Source of the DNA: Eledone cirrhosa
Lineage: Eukaryota
Assembly (NCBI GenBank): GCA_964016885.1
Contig: OZ024747.1
Span: 74,338,001-74,402,000, forward strand
Length of the DNA: 64,000 bases
Direction: 5' to 3'
Position 1 is the stretch's first letter. Each line of letters opens with the position of its first letter. This document shows positions 15,495-28,359 of the stretch, piece by piece. The notes beneath the pieces are model-generated. The model was not told where the DNA came from, did not search any database, and saw only the letters and a list, made by a program, of their open reading frames with translations. Both the position numbers and the translations under genes were made by a program.

Positions 15495-16182
15495 TTTTTG
15501 GTTATTTCCTTTGTTGTTTGCTGAGTTTTATTTCTGCCGCTTGTGGTAATGTTATATTGTATTTAAGGTTAACTCTGGATTTTATATGAGTTGGCTATTT
15601 CTGATGTGTAACCTAGGCAGTATTTTTTCATATTGTCACATGGAATATGTTCTTTGGATGTCACTGTAATAATATTATTGAATGCAGGAGCAAGTGTGTT
15701 CATTCGTGGTGGTTATAGTGTTGTTGAATTCTAAAAAAAAACATTCATACTCTTCCTTGATGAAATACCTTCCATTGGTGCATTGTTAAACTGTTGATGG
15801 ATAATTCTGGATACCAAAAGTTGATGACCGTATTTATCCGTTCTGGGGTTTGGGATATATAATTTGGATCAATAGTCACGTGTAATTATTCGGCACAAAA
15901 GAGAATTGTTATATAATAATGAATATTGGCGCAAGACCTCACATATATTTGGATTGGGTGAGAAGTTGGGTAGAGAATAAAGATTAAATAAAGATTTAAC
16001 AGCTTTTTACTGCTTTGTAGTACGATAAAAGGTAAGTTCGACTCAGAAGGTATATCAGTGCAGAACATAAGAGAGCATAAAAGGAGGTAACTATCTACCA
16101 CGGGACAATATATTCGACGCTCTACTTGATCTGCCAAACTTTCATGCTTATATACATTAAGAATACTGATGCTAATAATAAA

Positions 16183-16398
16183 AATAATTGTTTCTACTTT
16201 AGGCCCAAGGCCAGCAATTTGAAGGGGACGGGAAAGTGTATTAAATCGACCCCAATGCGTTACTGGTATTTTATTTTATCGACCCCGTAAGGATGAAAAG
16301 CAAAGCTAACCTTGGGGGATTTGAAATCAGAACGCAAAAGGAAGTAACTCTATGCTACGAAGCAATGTATTCGACGCATTACCAATACAACCAATCTA
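16183..16398 (-). mobile_element. tRNA-derived SINE (family A), diverged
   Basis: Central ...TTTCATCCTTACGGGGTCGATAAAATAAA... motif and TTGCTGGCCTTG...AGTAGAAACAATT tail shared with many copies. Confidence 0.8.
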
Positions 16399-16621
16399 AC
16401 ATAAATGCTAGAAGTCCATTCACTACAATGAGCATCTGGGTAGTTGCAGAGATTAGATATCGTCATAAGTTCTGAGGTGGAGTGACGAAGAAAAGATTAA
16501 AATTTGTACAAGTACCACTTCTGTTATATCCCGGTTCGTTCTCTTTCAGTAGAGACTGTTCTTCTCTTGGGGAGAGAAGCTAAATATTCTAAAGTCCTGA
16601 AACCTAACTACACACACAGAC

Positions 16622-16720
<99 letters not shown>

Positions 16721-16910
16721 TATGTATGTATATGTGTGTGTCTGTATGTCTGTGTGCGCGCGCGCGTGTGTGTGTGTATAACACATTCCTCTGAGACCAA
16801 GCATGGTACAAATTTGTTGCGAAGAGAACTTCTTAACTACACAACCATGTCTGAACGCATACACACATATCCGTGCCTTATATACGCACACACACCCACA
16901 TACTAACACG

Positions 16911-17052
<142 letters not shown>

Positions 17053-17183
17053 GATAAATCTACCAAGAGTTTACGGTAGTGTCCAATCCGTATGAAGAAC
17101 TCAATGTATTCCGGATATCATGGAAAGAAGAGATGTAATGAAAAATCACTTTCGGTGAAAGATAAACGGTATACAGAGTCAAG

Positions 17184-17611
17184 ATAAAATATTAAACAAA
17201 TAATGAATAAAACAATGAAACAGTTCCTTATATTAAACAAAAAAAGTTCATTATTTAACGATCGTTTCTAGGATATATATGTGTTAGAATTGGCATGCAT
17301 ATTCAACAGATCTATGTACAAAATTATACAAAATTATACAAACTATCAAGATTAAATATACATACCAAACACACATATACGCCGTCTTCAGAAATAATAT
17401 TATTTCTGAAGACGGCGTATATGTGTGTTTGGTATGTATATTTAATCTTGATAGTTTGTATAATTTTGTATAATTTTGTACATAGATCTGTTGAATATGC
17501 ATGCCAATTCTAACACATATATACTAGAAACGATCGTTAAATAATGAACTTTTTTTGTTTAATATAAGGAACTGTTTCATTGTTTTATTCATTATTTGTT
17601 TAATATTTTAT
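17184..17611. repeat. Near-perfect 428-bp palindrome with zero spacer (centre 17398/17399), ending in (TA)n
   Basis: Arms are reverse complements except a small indel; mirrored identical 72-aa ORFs on both strands. Confidence 0.95.
17399..17545 (+). ncRNA. Type I hammerhead ribozyme candidate (mirror copy on minus strand 17250-17398)
   Basis: attattt-CTGAAGA-[long helix II gtatatgtgtgtt/aacacatatatac]-GAAA-cgatcg-TT-aaataat; 7-bp helix I, palindromic helix III. Confidence 0.7.
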
Positions 17612-17751
17612 ATATATATATATATATATATAACCGCGGGTAATAGCATTATGAACAGGTAGATATTTAAATCATTTTTTAATTTATTTTAAAGGATTGT
17701 TTAATGTTTGTTTGTTCTGCTCATCAATTGTAATATATATATATATGTATG

Positions 17752-17782
<31 letters not shown>

Positions 17783-17834
17783 GCATAGATATATACATAT
17801 ATATATATATTTATATATATATGCATAGATATAT

Positions 17835-17888
<54 letters not shown>

Positions 17889-17892
<4 letters not shown>

Positions 17893-18218
17893 TGGCTGCC
17901 AACTCATTTTCGAGTACGGCCACTACTTTATATCCATGTAGGAGAACCCCTACCGATGCGCTGAACGAGTGTGACTTTTTAGTCCAGCCAGCGACTTTAA
18001 AACTCTGGTACAAACACTACACTTGTGACAATTATTGACACATAGTGCTGTGTCTATGGTAACATGTGACGACAAGTGCAGAGAGATCTCCAGATATAAA
18101 GCAATGCCTGTGACATGAAGCTTTTATAGTGAGAAAAGGCACTGCACAAAGCCAGTCCCACTCTCTTAACCAAGATGATATTTAGCAAAAAGAAGAACAA
18201 GTCAACATCATTGGATAC
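17889..18218 (-). mobile_element. Non-autonomous RTE-derived element, 5'-truncated copy
   Basis: High identity to 41794-42123; inserted in (TA)n. Confidence 0.85.
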
Positions 18219-18246
18219 ATATATACATACATACATATATAAATAC

Positions 18247-18331
<85 letters not shown>

Positions 18332-18371
18332 TATATATATATATATAGTGGCTGTATATATATATATATAT

Positions 18372-18441
<70 letters not shown>

Positions 18442-19014
18442 CGGCGATGAATTAGTTTTGCGAGGTTTTTTATATGAAATCGTGTGTCGAAACAGATATT
18501 GTTATATTTGGGGAGGGTCATATTTGCGTAATATTGCCAGAATTAATAACAGAACACACTCACTGTTTGGTTGGTTTTCGCTTCTCGCTGTCTTTTATAT
18601 ATATATATCTGCGATCTAACTTACTCGGTCCTCAATGTTGCCATTGACTGACCGGCGGTCAAAAATAATACAGATACAATATAGACACAAACACATATAT
18701 ATAGTTTACATAATTTACATAAATCTTTCGTTGTACATCTGCAACATCGTCAGTGGTGTTATATTCATTGTTCCTCCTGTTGTGTTGTATGTCTATGCCA
18801 TTTTTTTTTGTTCAGTCTGTCTATATATTTATTTATTTATTTGCTTGTTTGTTTATCTTATTTTTTTTGTCTTCTTTGCGCATGCGTTTGCGTGTGTGTA
18901 TAGTGTGATGTGTGACTAGTGTGTATAGTGTTGTGTCTGCTGGGTGACTAGTGTGTGTTTATGTGCTTGTGTATGTATTTATTTATCTTATTTTATTTAA
19001 TTTTATTTACTTAT

Positions 19015-19248
19015 TTATACTTCTCTTAGGTCAGTGTTGTTTGTTTGGGTGTTGTTGTTGTTCCACTCATTCTTTCTGTTTAGCTTTGGTCTTCTAATTT
19101 CTATTTCACTGGCCTCTCTGATTTGCCTATCTGCTGGGTCATTCCTATGTTTAGATATTATTCTAATTTCTATGTTGTCTATGTTACCGTCATGTTGTTG
19201 TCTAGCATGTTCGTATAGTACTGACCCGTTTTTTCGTCCTTTTAGTTC
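19015..19248 (-). pseudogene. C-terminal fragment of Penelope GIY-YIG endonuclease (not in ORF track)
   Basis: Manual translation ELKGRKNGSVLYEHARQQHDGNIDNIEIRIISKHRNDPADRQIREASEIEIRRPKLNRKNEW...REV*; matches the PLE pattern S..H....H...R.I.EA..I....P.LN. Confidence 0.75.
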
Positions 19249-19274
19249 CCCCCAACAGGAGGAACAATGAATAT

Positions 19275-19325
19275 AACACCACTGACGATGTTGCAGATGT
19301 GCAACGAAAGATTTATGTAAATTAT
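19275..19325 (+). ncRNA. Partial hammerhead core in PLE terminal repeat (sense copy on minus strand ~18715-18760)
   Basis: CTGACGA-t-gttgca(gatg)tgcaac-GAAA; helix III/I closure not clearly retained. Confidence 0.45.
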
Positions 19326-19523
19326 GTAAACTATATATATATGTGTTTGTCTATATTGTATCTGTATTATTTTTGACCGCCAGTCAGTCAATGGCAACAT
19401 TGAGGACCGAGTAAGTTAGATCGCAGATATAAAAGACAGCGAGAAGCGAAAACCAACCAAACAGTGAGTGTGTTCTGTTATTAATTCTGGCAATATTACG
19501 CAAATATGACCCTCCCCAAATAT

Positions 19524-19561
<38 letters not shown>

Positions 19562-19904
19562 GCTGATATTACGAAGTATCCCCAATGGCTGCTCGTCAAT
19601 CGTCAAATGAAACCTCTACGTTTACTATCGTACCATATCTTCCATGAATGTTTCCGATGTTTTTAATTTGAACACATACACCAAGTAGTGTACACATGTA
19701 TGTGCCTGTGTGCATTCATTAGTGACAAAAAGCAGGAAGGAAGGTTCTCCACTGTGGCCTTTCAGCCGTCTAACACCTTTTTTTTACTAATTTCTCCTGC
19801 TGAAGTAGTCGGTCGTCCGTATAAATGGATTATATGAAAGGATGGCGACGAGTGCAGATCCTGGGTGACAGAGACTAAAGGGAGAAGAGAAAGGAAAGAA
19901 TTGG

Positions 19905-20022
19905 CAGCAGCAACAAGAGTAGCAGCGGCGACGACAGCAATAACAACAACAACAACAGCAGCAAAAACAACAACGGCAACAATAACAGCAACAACAACAA
20001 CAACAACAACGGCAACAACGGC

Positions 20023-20056
<34 letters not shown>

Positions 20057-20897
20057 GTAACAACAACAACAACAACATCATCAACAACAACAGCAACAAC
20101 AACAACAGCAACACCGACGACAGTAACGGTAACAACAACAGCAACAACAACGACAACGACGACGACAGTAACAACAACAACAGCAACAACAACGACAACA
20201 ACAACAACAACTACAACAACAACAACGACGACGACGACGACAACAACAACGACAACAACAGCAACAACAACGACAACAACAACAACGACAACAACAACAA
20301 CGACAACAACAACAACGACAACAACAACGACAACAACAACGACAGTAACAACAACAACGACAACAACAACAACAACGACAACAACAACAACGACGACGAC
20401 GACGACAACAACAACGACAACAACAGCAACAACAACGACAACAACAACAACGACAACAACAACAACGACAACAACAACAACGACAACAACAACAACGACA
20501 ACAACAACAACAGCAACAACAACGACAACAACAACAACGACAACAACAACAACGACAACAACAACAACGACAACAACAACAACGACAACAACAACAACGA
20601 CAACAACAACGACAACAACAACGACAGTAACAACGACAACAACAACAACAACTACAACAACAACAACGACGACGACGACGACAACAACAACGACAACAAC
20701 AGCAACAACAACGACAACAACAACAACGACAACAACAACAACGACAACAACAACAACGACAACAACAACGACAACAACAACGACAGTAACAACAACAACG
20801 ACAACAACAACAACAACGACAACAACAACGACAACAACAACGACAGTAACAACAACAACGACAACAACAACAACAACGACAACAACAACAACGACAC

Positions 20898-20928
<31 letters not shown>

Positions 20929-20960
20929 GATGACAGTAACAACAACAGCAGCAGCAGCAA
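19905..20960. repeat. (ACA/ACG)n microsatellite ~1 kb
   Basis: Direct reading. Confidence 0.95.
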
Positions 20961-21398
20961 CAATAGAATCAACGGCGTCTAATAAATTGAACGTGACATG
21001 AAAGGAAATGTGTAGACGGCCATCTTTGAGTGTATATGTAATTGTGTGTATGAGAGTATATGTGAATGTGTAGGACAGTGTGTATGTCCATCTGTCAGTG
21101 TGTGTGAGAGAGAGAAAATGTGTGAGGTGTGTGGTATATGTATAAGTGCGTGTGTGTGCGTGTGTGTGTGTATGTATATATGTATGGACAGATGGACATA
21201 TACGTATATGTCCATCTGTCAGTGTGTGTGAGAGAGAAAATGTGAGATGTGTGTGATAGATAAACTGTTGTGTATGTATAAGTTTGTGTGTGTGTGTATA
21301 CGTCCATCTGTCTGAGTGTGTGTGTACAGTACGTGTGATTAAGCAAGTGTAAGTATGTATATATGTGAGTGTGTCTATGTACATGTCCATCTATCTAA

Positions 21399-21476
<78 letters not shown>

Positions 21477-21730
21477 TTGTGTATGTTTGTGTAAATATTT
21501 ATGTTTGTATCTATCTGCCAGCCAAACTTTATGACTGTTTGTAATATGTGCATGCTGCATATATTTCTGTATATACATATATGTGTATATATGACGGTGC
21601 GTATATATCTCTGAGTGATATCTGTATATATATATATATATATATTAAAATAACAGATTAAATTTTAAGCAAAGAATCGCTGCTTTCACCCTTAACGGGA
21701 TCTTCTGAAACTAACAAAGTCAATCTGTGA

Positions 21731-22066
21731 ACTTTGGTACGCGCTCATCAGATAAAATACAGAGCTTGTTTTATAAATATTGACATATCCAGGAATGAGA
21801 CCTTAACGGTTCAAGTTACTATCCAGGTAAAACTTGAACCGTTAAGGTCTCATTCCTGGATATCTCAATATTTATGAAACAAGATCTGTATTTTATCTGA
21901 TGAGGGCGTACCAAAGTTTTGGTACCCTTGAAATATATATAATAGAATAAATATGGTTTTATAAATATAGTTTCCATTTATTAATATCATTGATATTATA
22001 CTCCAGAAAATTTGTCGAGTGCTTCGAATCTGTTATAAATATCTATTTGTTGAATTACCAACAAAT
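21731..22066 (+). mobile_element. PLE-type terminal-repeat fragment with 87-bp 5' inverted arm (21731-21817 / 21831-21917)
   Basis: Inverted arms with 13-nt spacer; contains hammerhead; homologous to 27105-27290; ends in (TA)n(TG)n. Confidence 0.75.
21889..21949 (+). ncRNA. Minimal type I hammerhead ribozyme
   Basis: tattttat-CTGATGA-gggcgtaccaaa(gt)tttggtaccctt-GAAA-tatata-TA-atagaata; 8-bp helix I, intact core. Confidence 0.8.
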
Positions 22067-22124
<58 letters not shown>

Positions 22125-22193
22125 CGCGCGCGTGGGTGTGTGTGTGTGTGTGTGTGTGTGTGCACGTGTGTGTGTTTATTATATATACATACG

Positions 22194-22312
22194 CCATTAC
22201 GAGCTGCGGATCCGCTAAGGTGAAACAATTGTTCTCGGTATGGTGAATTAACTGTTGAGTAACCACTTCCACCTAACTCGTCCCATGGACTGAGTGCTCT
22301 ACCGCTACGGAT
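22194..22312 (+). ncRNA. Minimal hammerhead-like motif with mutated core plus 3' flank (family of 8479-8553)
   Basis: ccattacgag-CTGCGGA-tccgctaaggt-GAAA-caattg-TT-ctcggtatgg. Confidence 0.5.
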
Positions 22313-22364
22313 ATGTATATATATATACATATATATATATATATAAATATAGATATATATATAC

Positions 22365-22427
<63 letters not shown>

Positions 22428-22428
22428 A

Positions 22429-22487
<59 letters not shown>

Positions 22488-22533
22488 AACACACATGTAT
22501 ACATATGCAAACACACATGCATATATACATACA

Positions 22534-22574
<41 letters not shown>

Positions 22575-22722
22575 TCATCATCATCATCATCGCCGTCACT
22601 ACGACCATCGCCATCATTAACATCATCACTAAAACTCTAAACTCTACTAACATCATCTTCCAAATATAAAGGATGGTCAGATTTTGATTATAGAACTTCT
22701 CACTCAGCAGCAGCTGAATAAG

Positions 22723-22762
<40 letters not shown>

Positions 22763-24331
22763 TATTTGATGGAGTAGCAAATGCTAAGAGTCACGGTGGC
22801 GCTTGTATTTTGGTTCTGTTTATGGTGACGGAGATTACGGCAATTGAAGGATGTTAAGTGGATCGTATGGTAAGGAATTGTATAGAATGGTGTAGAAACG
22901 TTTAGAGTGGAGGGGAAGTGGCGAGGACTGATACACACTGGTGTGGAGTTGTGAATTGTAGCTTAAAGCAGTTTAATTGGTGATAATTGATCGCATTCTT
23001 CGTCTTAAGAAGCAAGGTTGAGATTTCCCTCACTGTTTCTATAACTTTGTCTGCCACCAACCTCATGGTCGATTAAGTTTTTGGCAACGATTGTCGGCCA
23101 ATTGAAGTTCAATGTATTTCGGGAAAGTAGATCTGCAAACGCGGCTGCACTTGAAGGAATGGAGATTGGAAAGAATAAAGAAATAATATAATAATAATAA
23201 TTGAGTGTAGTTAATAGACTAGATGGCAAATGTGAAACTATTTTCAGAGCTAGCTATAGAAGGTCAGATTTGCTTTTCATCCGAAGACGATAAGATACAG
23301 TACCAGTCAACAGCGCCGGAGTGGCTGAGTGTTTGTTCTGAATCTAAATCCCAGTACGTCTTACTTGGGTAATAGACACAGTCCCTGTTCAACACTACCA
23401 CCTGGTTTGAGGGTTACTTTAGCGGAGTCTGTATTTTGGGGCCAGTATTTGGAGTAGGTATCAGCTTTGGGATATTTTTACCTTCCTACCAAACTTAGAA
23501 GTTCCCCCAAAAGGGTCATGTTCCCTACTCCATCTGATAAAACAGTAGAAGAAGAATATGAAAATCAGTTAACAATTTCCTTTACTCAAGCAGAAATGTT
23601 GCTTCTAGTAGGCTGCTATCAATCGAATTATAGCCTTAGTCTTTTTTTTTTCTATTGATCTGCGACAGGCGCGGGAAAAGACCTAATGTAGAATTTATCA
23701 TCTAAACTTTCGTTTGAAGAAGCCAAAATTGTATATTTAAACAAATTCTTATTGATTTAAAATTGATTGTAATTTATGGGGGGAAATTCACATATTTCCT
23801 TTATTTCGGTGAAATGTTGGAGGGCGGTGGTTAAGAGGATTATATCAATGCCAGTATTTTAATAATATATACTTGATCTATCACCCCTGGCAAATATATA
23901 AGGTGAAATTGGACAACGACCGACTAGATTTGATCCCAGAACGTACACATATACATACAAGCAGCATGGCAATTCATCCACGATGTTATCAATTCTGCAA
24001 ATCTACCAAAGATTAATATGAATTTGAAATTTAAGCACAGTGTCACCAAATTTTGGAGAATGGCAAAGTTGATTAAATTAACCCCAGTAGTTGACTGGTA
24101 TATTGTTTATCAGTTTCGGAATGGTGAAAGACAAGGTTGGCCATGGCGGTATTTGAACTCAAAATGTGAAGAACCAGAACAAGTGCAATGGCATTTTATC
24201 TGACACTCCACCAATTCTGTGAATCTAACACCCCTTCAGTGAAGACTAACGTTGATTACCAAAATTGACACGAGCCCAGGCGGAGGCGGAGGCGTTTAAA
24301 TTGTGGATTAAATCAACACCAGTACATGGAC

Positions 24332-24332
<1 letters not shown>

Positions 24333-24392
<60 letters not shown>

Positions 24393-24482
24393 CAGCAGGA
24401 GCAGCAGGAGCAGCAGCAGCAGCAGCAGCACTACTAAATGTTGTAGTATCAGCAGCAGCAGCACTACTACATGTTGTAGTAT

Positions 24483-24517
<35 letters not shown>

Positions 24518-24520
24518 GTT

Positions 24521-24551
<31 letters not shown>
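24333..24551. repeat. (GTA)n/(GCA)n microsatellite
   Basis: Direct reading. Confidence 0.9.
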
Positions 24552-24552
<1 letters not shown>

Positions 24553-25619
24553 CCAGGGATGATGCAAACTATTTAAGCTTCAATTTAAAACCTGCCTAAT
24601 GCAAATAAATTGGGTTTTCATCAAAACACAGAACTGTGCAAGGAAGAATTAAAAATAGAGAGGTTAGACAAAGAACGGCGTATTTGGGACAATAGGAAGA
24701 AGTGAATAGGGTTGGCGGCAGAATTTCTAAATATATAGTCTGAATTTTGTTGAAATCAGGCAATGAAGGAAAAAGATATGGCTTGGTGGTGTGTTTTATT
24801 GTATTTAATAAACTTCAAGGTCAAGGTCGTTATGTTGTTATTAAGATAGAAATAAAGGCACCATGGCCGAATGGTTAAGGAGTTTATTTCTCAACCATTG
24901 GGCCCACGTTCGACCACACAGTGAGTCATCTTACTATAATCGCAGCTTAATTTATTTTCTAATTTTGTCAATACAAAATGATGCTGTAAAAAAATAGATA
25001 TAGAAAGTGGTATGGAATCGTTGACTAAGGTTTCTTATTCTTGAGTTATCTCCCCATCGAAGGCAGGGGTGGTGGAACTGGGGGAGCTAGTGGAGCCATG
25101 CCCACCCTCACCCCCACCGTGTTGTATTTGAATTGTTCTCTTTAGCTTACATTTGAGCTTTTTGGTATTTTGTTCTGACCTCGGTGAATACTTATTTAGA
25201 AGTCTCCCACTTTTTCAGTCAAAACAAGGCGTATATTCTAATTCTTAAATATGTGTAAGGTCTGTAAGTGTAGCAAAGCGTATATACAATATTTTATTAT
25301 TTCTGTTCTTTTCAATTTTTTTCCTACTTATACAACTTTGGAGTTTTAATACTCATACCCACATGGGTGATATCCACCATTACTTTTCAAATTAACAACA
25401 TATATTTTACTTCGAAGTGTATCAAATTTCATTATAGCAAGCCTACAATGATTCTGTTCAGAAGCTTAAACTTCTTATGTTGAGTAGAATTTTAAGAAAA
25501 TAAATAAATAAAGTGAAAGAAAACAAGGCTTACTGACTTATTTCTGTATATTTTAATTTTTGTTTATGAAGGGTCCATAGAACCTAAAGTGCCTGAGCTC
25601 CTTGTGATCTAAATCTGAT

Positions 25620-26000
25620 CTTGGATGGGATTTGGAATAGAGGTATATGAGTTCTGAATAAAAGAATAGGCATATAGATGAGAAGGACAGTAGTTTGAAA
25701 TAGAAGAACGTGGATGTGAGAATAGAAAGGTGGCAGTTTGGAACAGAAGGATGTGGATATAGAATAAAAGGATGGTGTTTTAAAATAGAAGGATGGTGGT
25801 TGGGAAAAGAAGAATGGTCGTGAATGACAGAAAGATGGTAGTTCTGTATAGCAGGGGATATAGAATAAGATGGTGGTTTGTAATTGAAAGAAGGTGGTTT
25901 GGAGTACAGGGACGGTGGTTTGTAACACAAGGGCCATGATTTGGAACAGAAAGATGGTTGTTGGGAGGAGAAGGATGGAAATGAAAGGTAGAGTGTTAGT
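25620..26000. repeat. Degenerate ~21-bp tandem repeat (GTTTGGAAYAGAAGGATGGTG-like)
   Basis: Recurring TAGAA..GATGGTGGTTT motif. Confidence 0.65.
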
Positions 26001-26237
26001 TAAGAACAAACATATCATAGTTTGATTTTGATGAGAAAAATGATGGTTTTGAAACTCATTGCAGTCAGAAGTGCAGATGATCTTTCAATAGACTGCATGA
26101 AATTCAGCAACAAAACATTACGACTAAAAATTACTTAACACTCCATATAGCAAATGAAATAATTGATTAATTATAAATAGGGTGTATATTAAATGTTGCC
26201 GTAATACATGCATATATACATAACATATACCCAATAC

Positions 26238-26300
<63 letters not shown>

Positions 26301-26404
26301 TAACACGCACAGGCACACGCAGAAATATGTATGCATGTGTGTGTAAATATGTTTGCGTATATATATATATATATACATATTTTAGTCTTCGCATTTATTA
26401 TTAT

Positions 26405-26477
<73 letters not shown>

Positions 26478-26949
26478 CATGCACTGACAAATATGTGTGT
26501 GCGTATATGTGAGGTTGTAAATATATGTGACTGGATTGCGTGAGAAATGTCTAATCCCCTAGCTAGTATACTCATCCAACACGTTTCCTATTCAGCCATA
26601 TATTGATTGCTACATATTCTCCTCCATTTTACCAACGTCTCTTCAACGTTCTACAACTCATACTGAACAATTCATAATATTGTTTTTAATTATTAAGCAC
26701 CAATCGTTGATTGATGGAACATTTCCAGACGGAGTGGTCACCCTGAAAGGTTGCTCACATCACAATACTATGCACTATACGGCATTGTAGTCATTTTTAT
26801 CTAGTTGTCCGCCTATAGAAACATTCTCTCTGTTTTTATCTCTCTTTTTTTTTTCTTATTTTGTTGCTCTCGACTCAACACCCATATACACACACACCCA
26901 TCCATACATACGCTAATACACATACATATAGATATACATGCATAATTAC

Positions 26950-27028
<79 letters not shown>

Positions 27029-27056
27029 TAATTATATATATATATATATGCATAAT

Positions 27057-27092
<36 letters not shown>

Positions 27093-27220
27093 AAAGTTCT
27101 ATTTAAAATTGTTGGGATACAACAAGTAAATATTTTTATAACTGATATGAAGCACTCGACAAGTATTTGGAGTAGATATACGATATTAATAAATGGAAAC
27201 TATATTTATAAAACCATATT

Positions 27221-27285
27221 TATTTCATTATACATATTTCAGGGATACCAAATTAAATTATGGTATGCCTTCATCAGACAAAATA
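27221..27285 (-). ncRNA. Minimal type I hammerhead ribozyme, homologue of 21889-21949
   Basis: Minus strand tattttgt-CTGATGA-aggcatacca(10 nt)tggtatccct-GAAA-tatgta-TA-atgaaata. Confidence 0.75.
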
Positions 27286-27508
27286 CAATATATAACAGTT
27301 TTACAAATAAGCTTTGACGTACCCTATTAAAATGCAACCATTGTTTTTGGAAGTCATATGGTTGGACTCAGGAAAAGATTTTAGACTGACCTGGACCATC
27401 GCGCGGAGACCGAATGCAATATATAATGCAAATCGTATAGCATACGATATACATCACATACAACATCCACGCTAGGATTCTGTAAATCCGAGATATATAT
27501 ATATATAT

Positions 27509-28208
27509 ATACATTTAAAGTATATGATAAACACGAAATGTGTTTACATTGCAACAGACAAAGTTAGCTATTAATGAAATAAACTAATAAAAGTGAATAC
27601 AATTTGTCTGTCTCGATACAAGTCAATAAAGACAAGATTATATTGGCAACGGCCATGATTCCTGGACATATTTAAATTTCAAAATTCAAACCTGTTCTGT
27701 AGACGAATTTGAACCTCGAAACCCAAATAAGTTTCGCAACGGTGGAATGTGAATTGAAAAATAAAGAGAATCGAAATGGAATAGAAATAAAAGAGTGAAA
27801 TGTCCAAATCTTCTGTGCTTATCAACAGGAATCCAGTAAGATTAGTCTATCTCACATCAACAATTTTGCAGGTCTGACTACACGTGGGTAGGCAGGCCAA
27901 AACTAGCTATCCCACATTCACGGTGCTAGAAATAACAGCCGCTTATGCAGGATTAAGGATCAGCTCTTACAATAAAGGAGCTATACATTATATTATATTT
28001 TGAGAATAAACTCTCAGTCGTTTACAATAATTAAGCTCCAGGAAGGGGCTCTTCCGAGCAGTTAATACATTTAAAGTATATGATAAACACGAAATGTGTT
28101 TACATTGCAACAGACAAAGTTAGCTATTAATGAGATAAACTAATAAAAGTGAATACAATTTGTCTGTCTCGATACAAGTCAATAAAGACAAGATTATATT
28201 GGCAACGG

Positions 28209-28211
<3 letters not shown>
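27509..28211 (-). mobile_element. Non-coding 556-bp unit with ~147-bp terminal redundancy, hammerhead-bearing (retrozyme/PLE-like)
   Basis: Direct repeats 27509-27655 and 28065-28211 (1 mismatch seen); (TA)n on both sides; hammerhead fold at 27657-27833. Confidence 0.75.
27657..27833 (-). ncRNA. Type I hammerhead fold with extended helix III; core mutated (TTGATAA)
   Basis: gattcctg-TTGATAA-gca...tgc-GAAAc...gTC-caggaatc; perfect 8-bp helix I; long helix III hairpin. Confidence 0.65.
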
Positions 28212-28307
<96 letters not shown>

Positions 28308-28359
28308 GATGTTACTATTTAAGACCAGTAAGTCTATTAGTCAACTTAGAACTGCATAC

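Larger units (their letters stand above)
18496..19531 (-). mobile_element. 5'-truncated Penelope-like element with inverted terminal repeat (arms 18496-18782 / 19253-19531)
   Basis: ~280-bp inverted arms carrying a hammerhead core; spacer encodes a GIY-YIG C-terminus; (TA)n nearby on both sides. Confidence 0.85.

Noticed and set aside
15530-16140. Possible degraded LINE RT
   Set aside because: Only a vague CTDIP-like motif; not enough to call without blastx.
17284-17513. Two identical 72-aa proteins on opposite strands
   Set aside because: Direct consequence of the palindrome.
19762-21390. 542-aa and 378-aa ORFs
   Set aside because: Translation of (ACA)n and (TG)n tracts.
22760-23700. Possible ORF1/APE start of an old LINE (LTSFNCRNL on minus strand)
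   Set aside because: Single short motif, no downstream endonuclease motifs.
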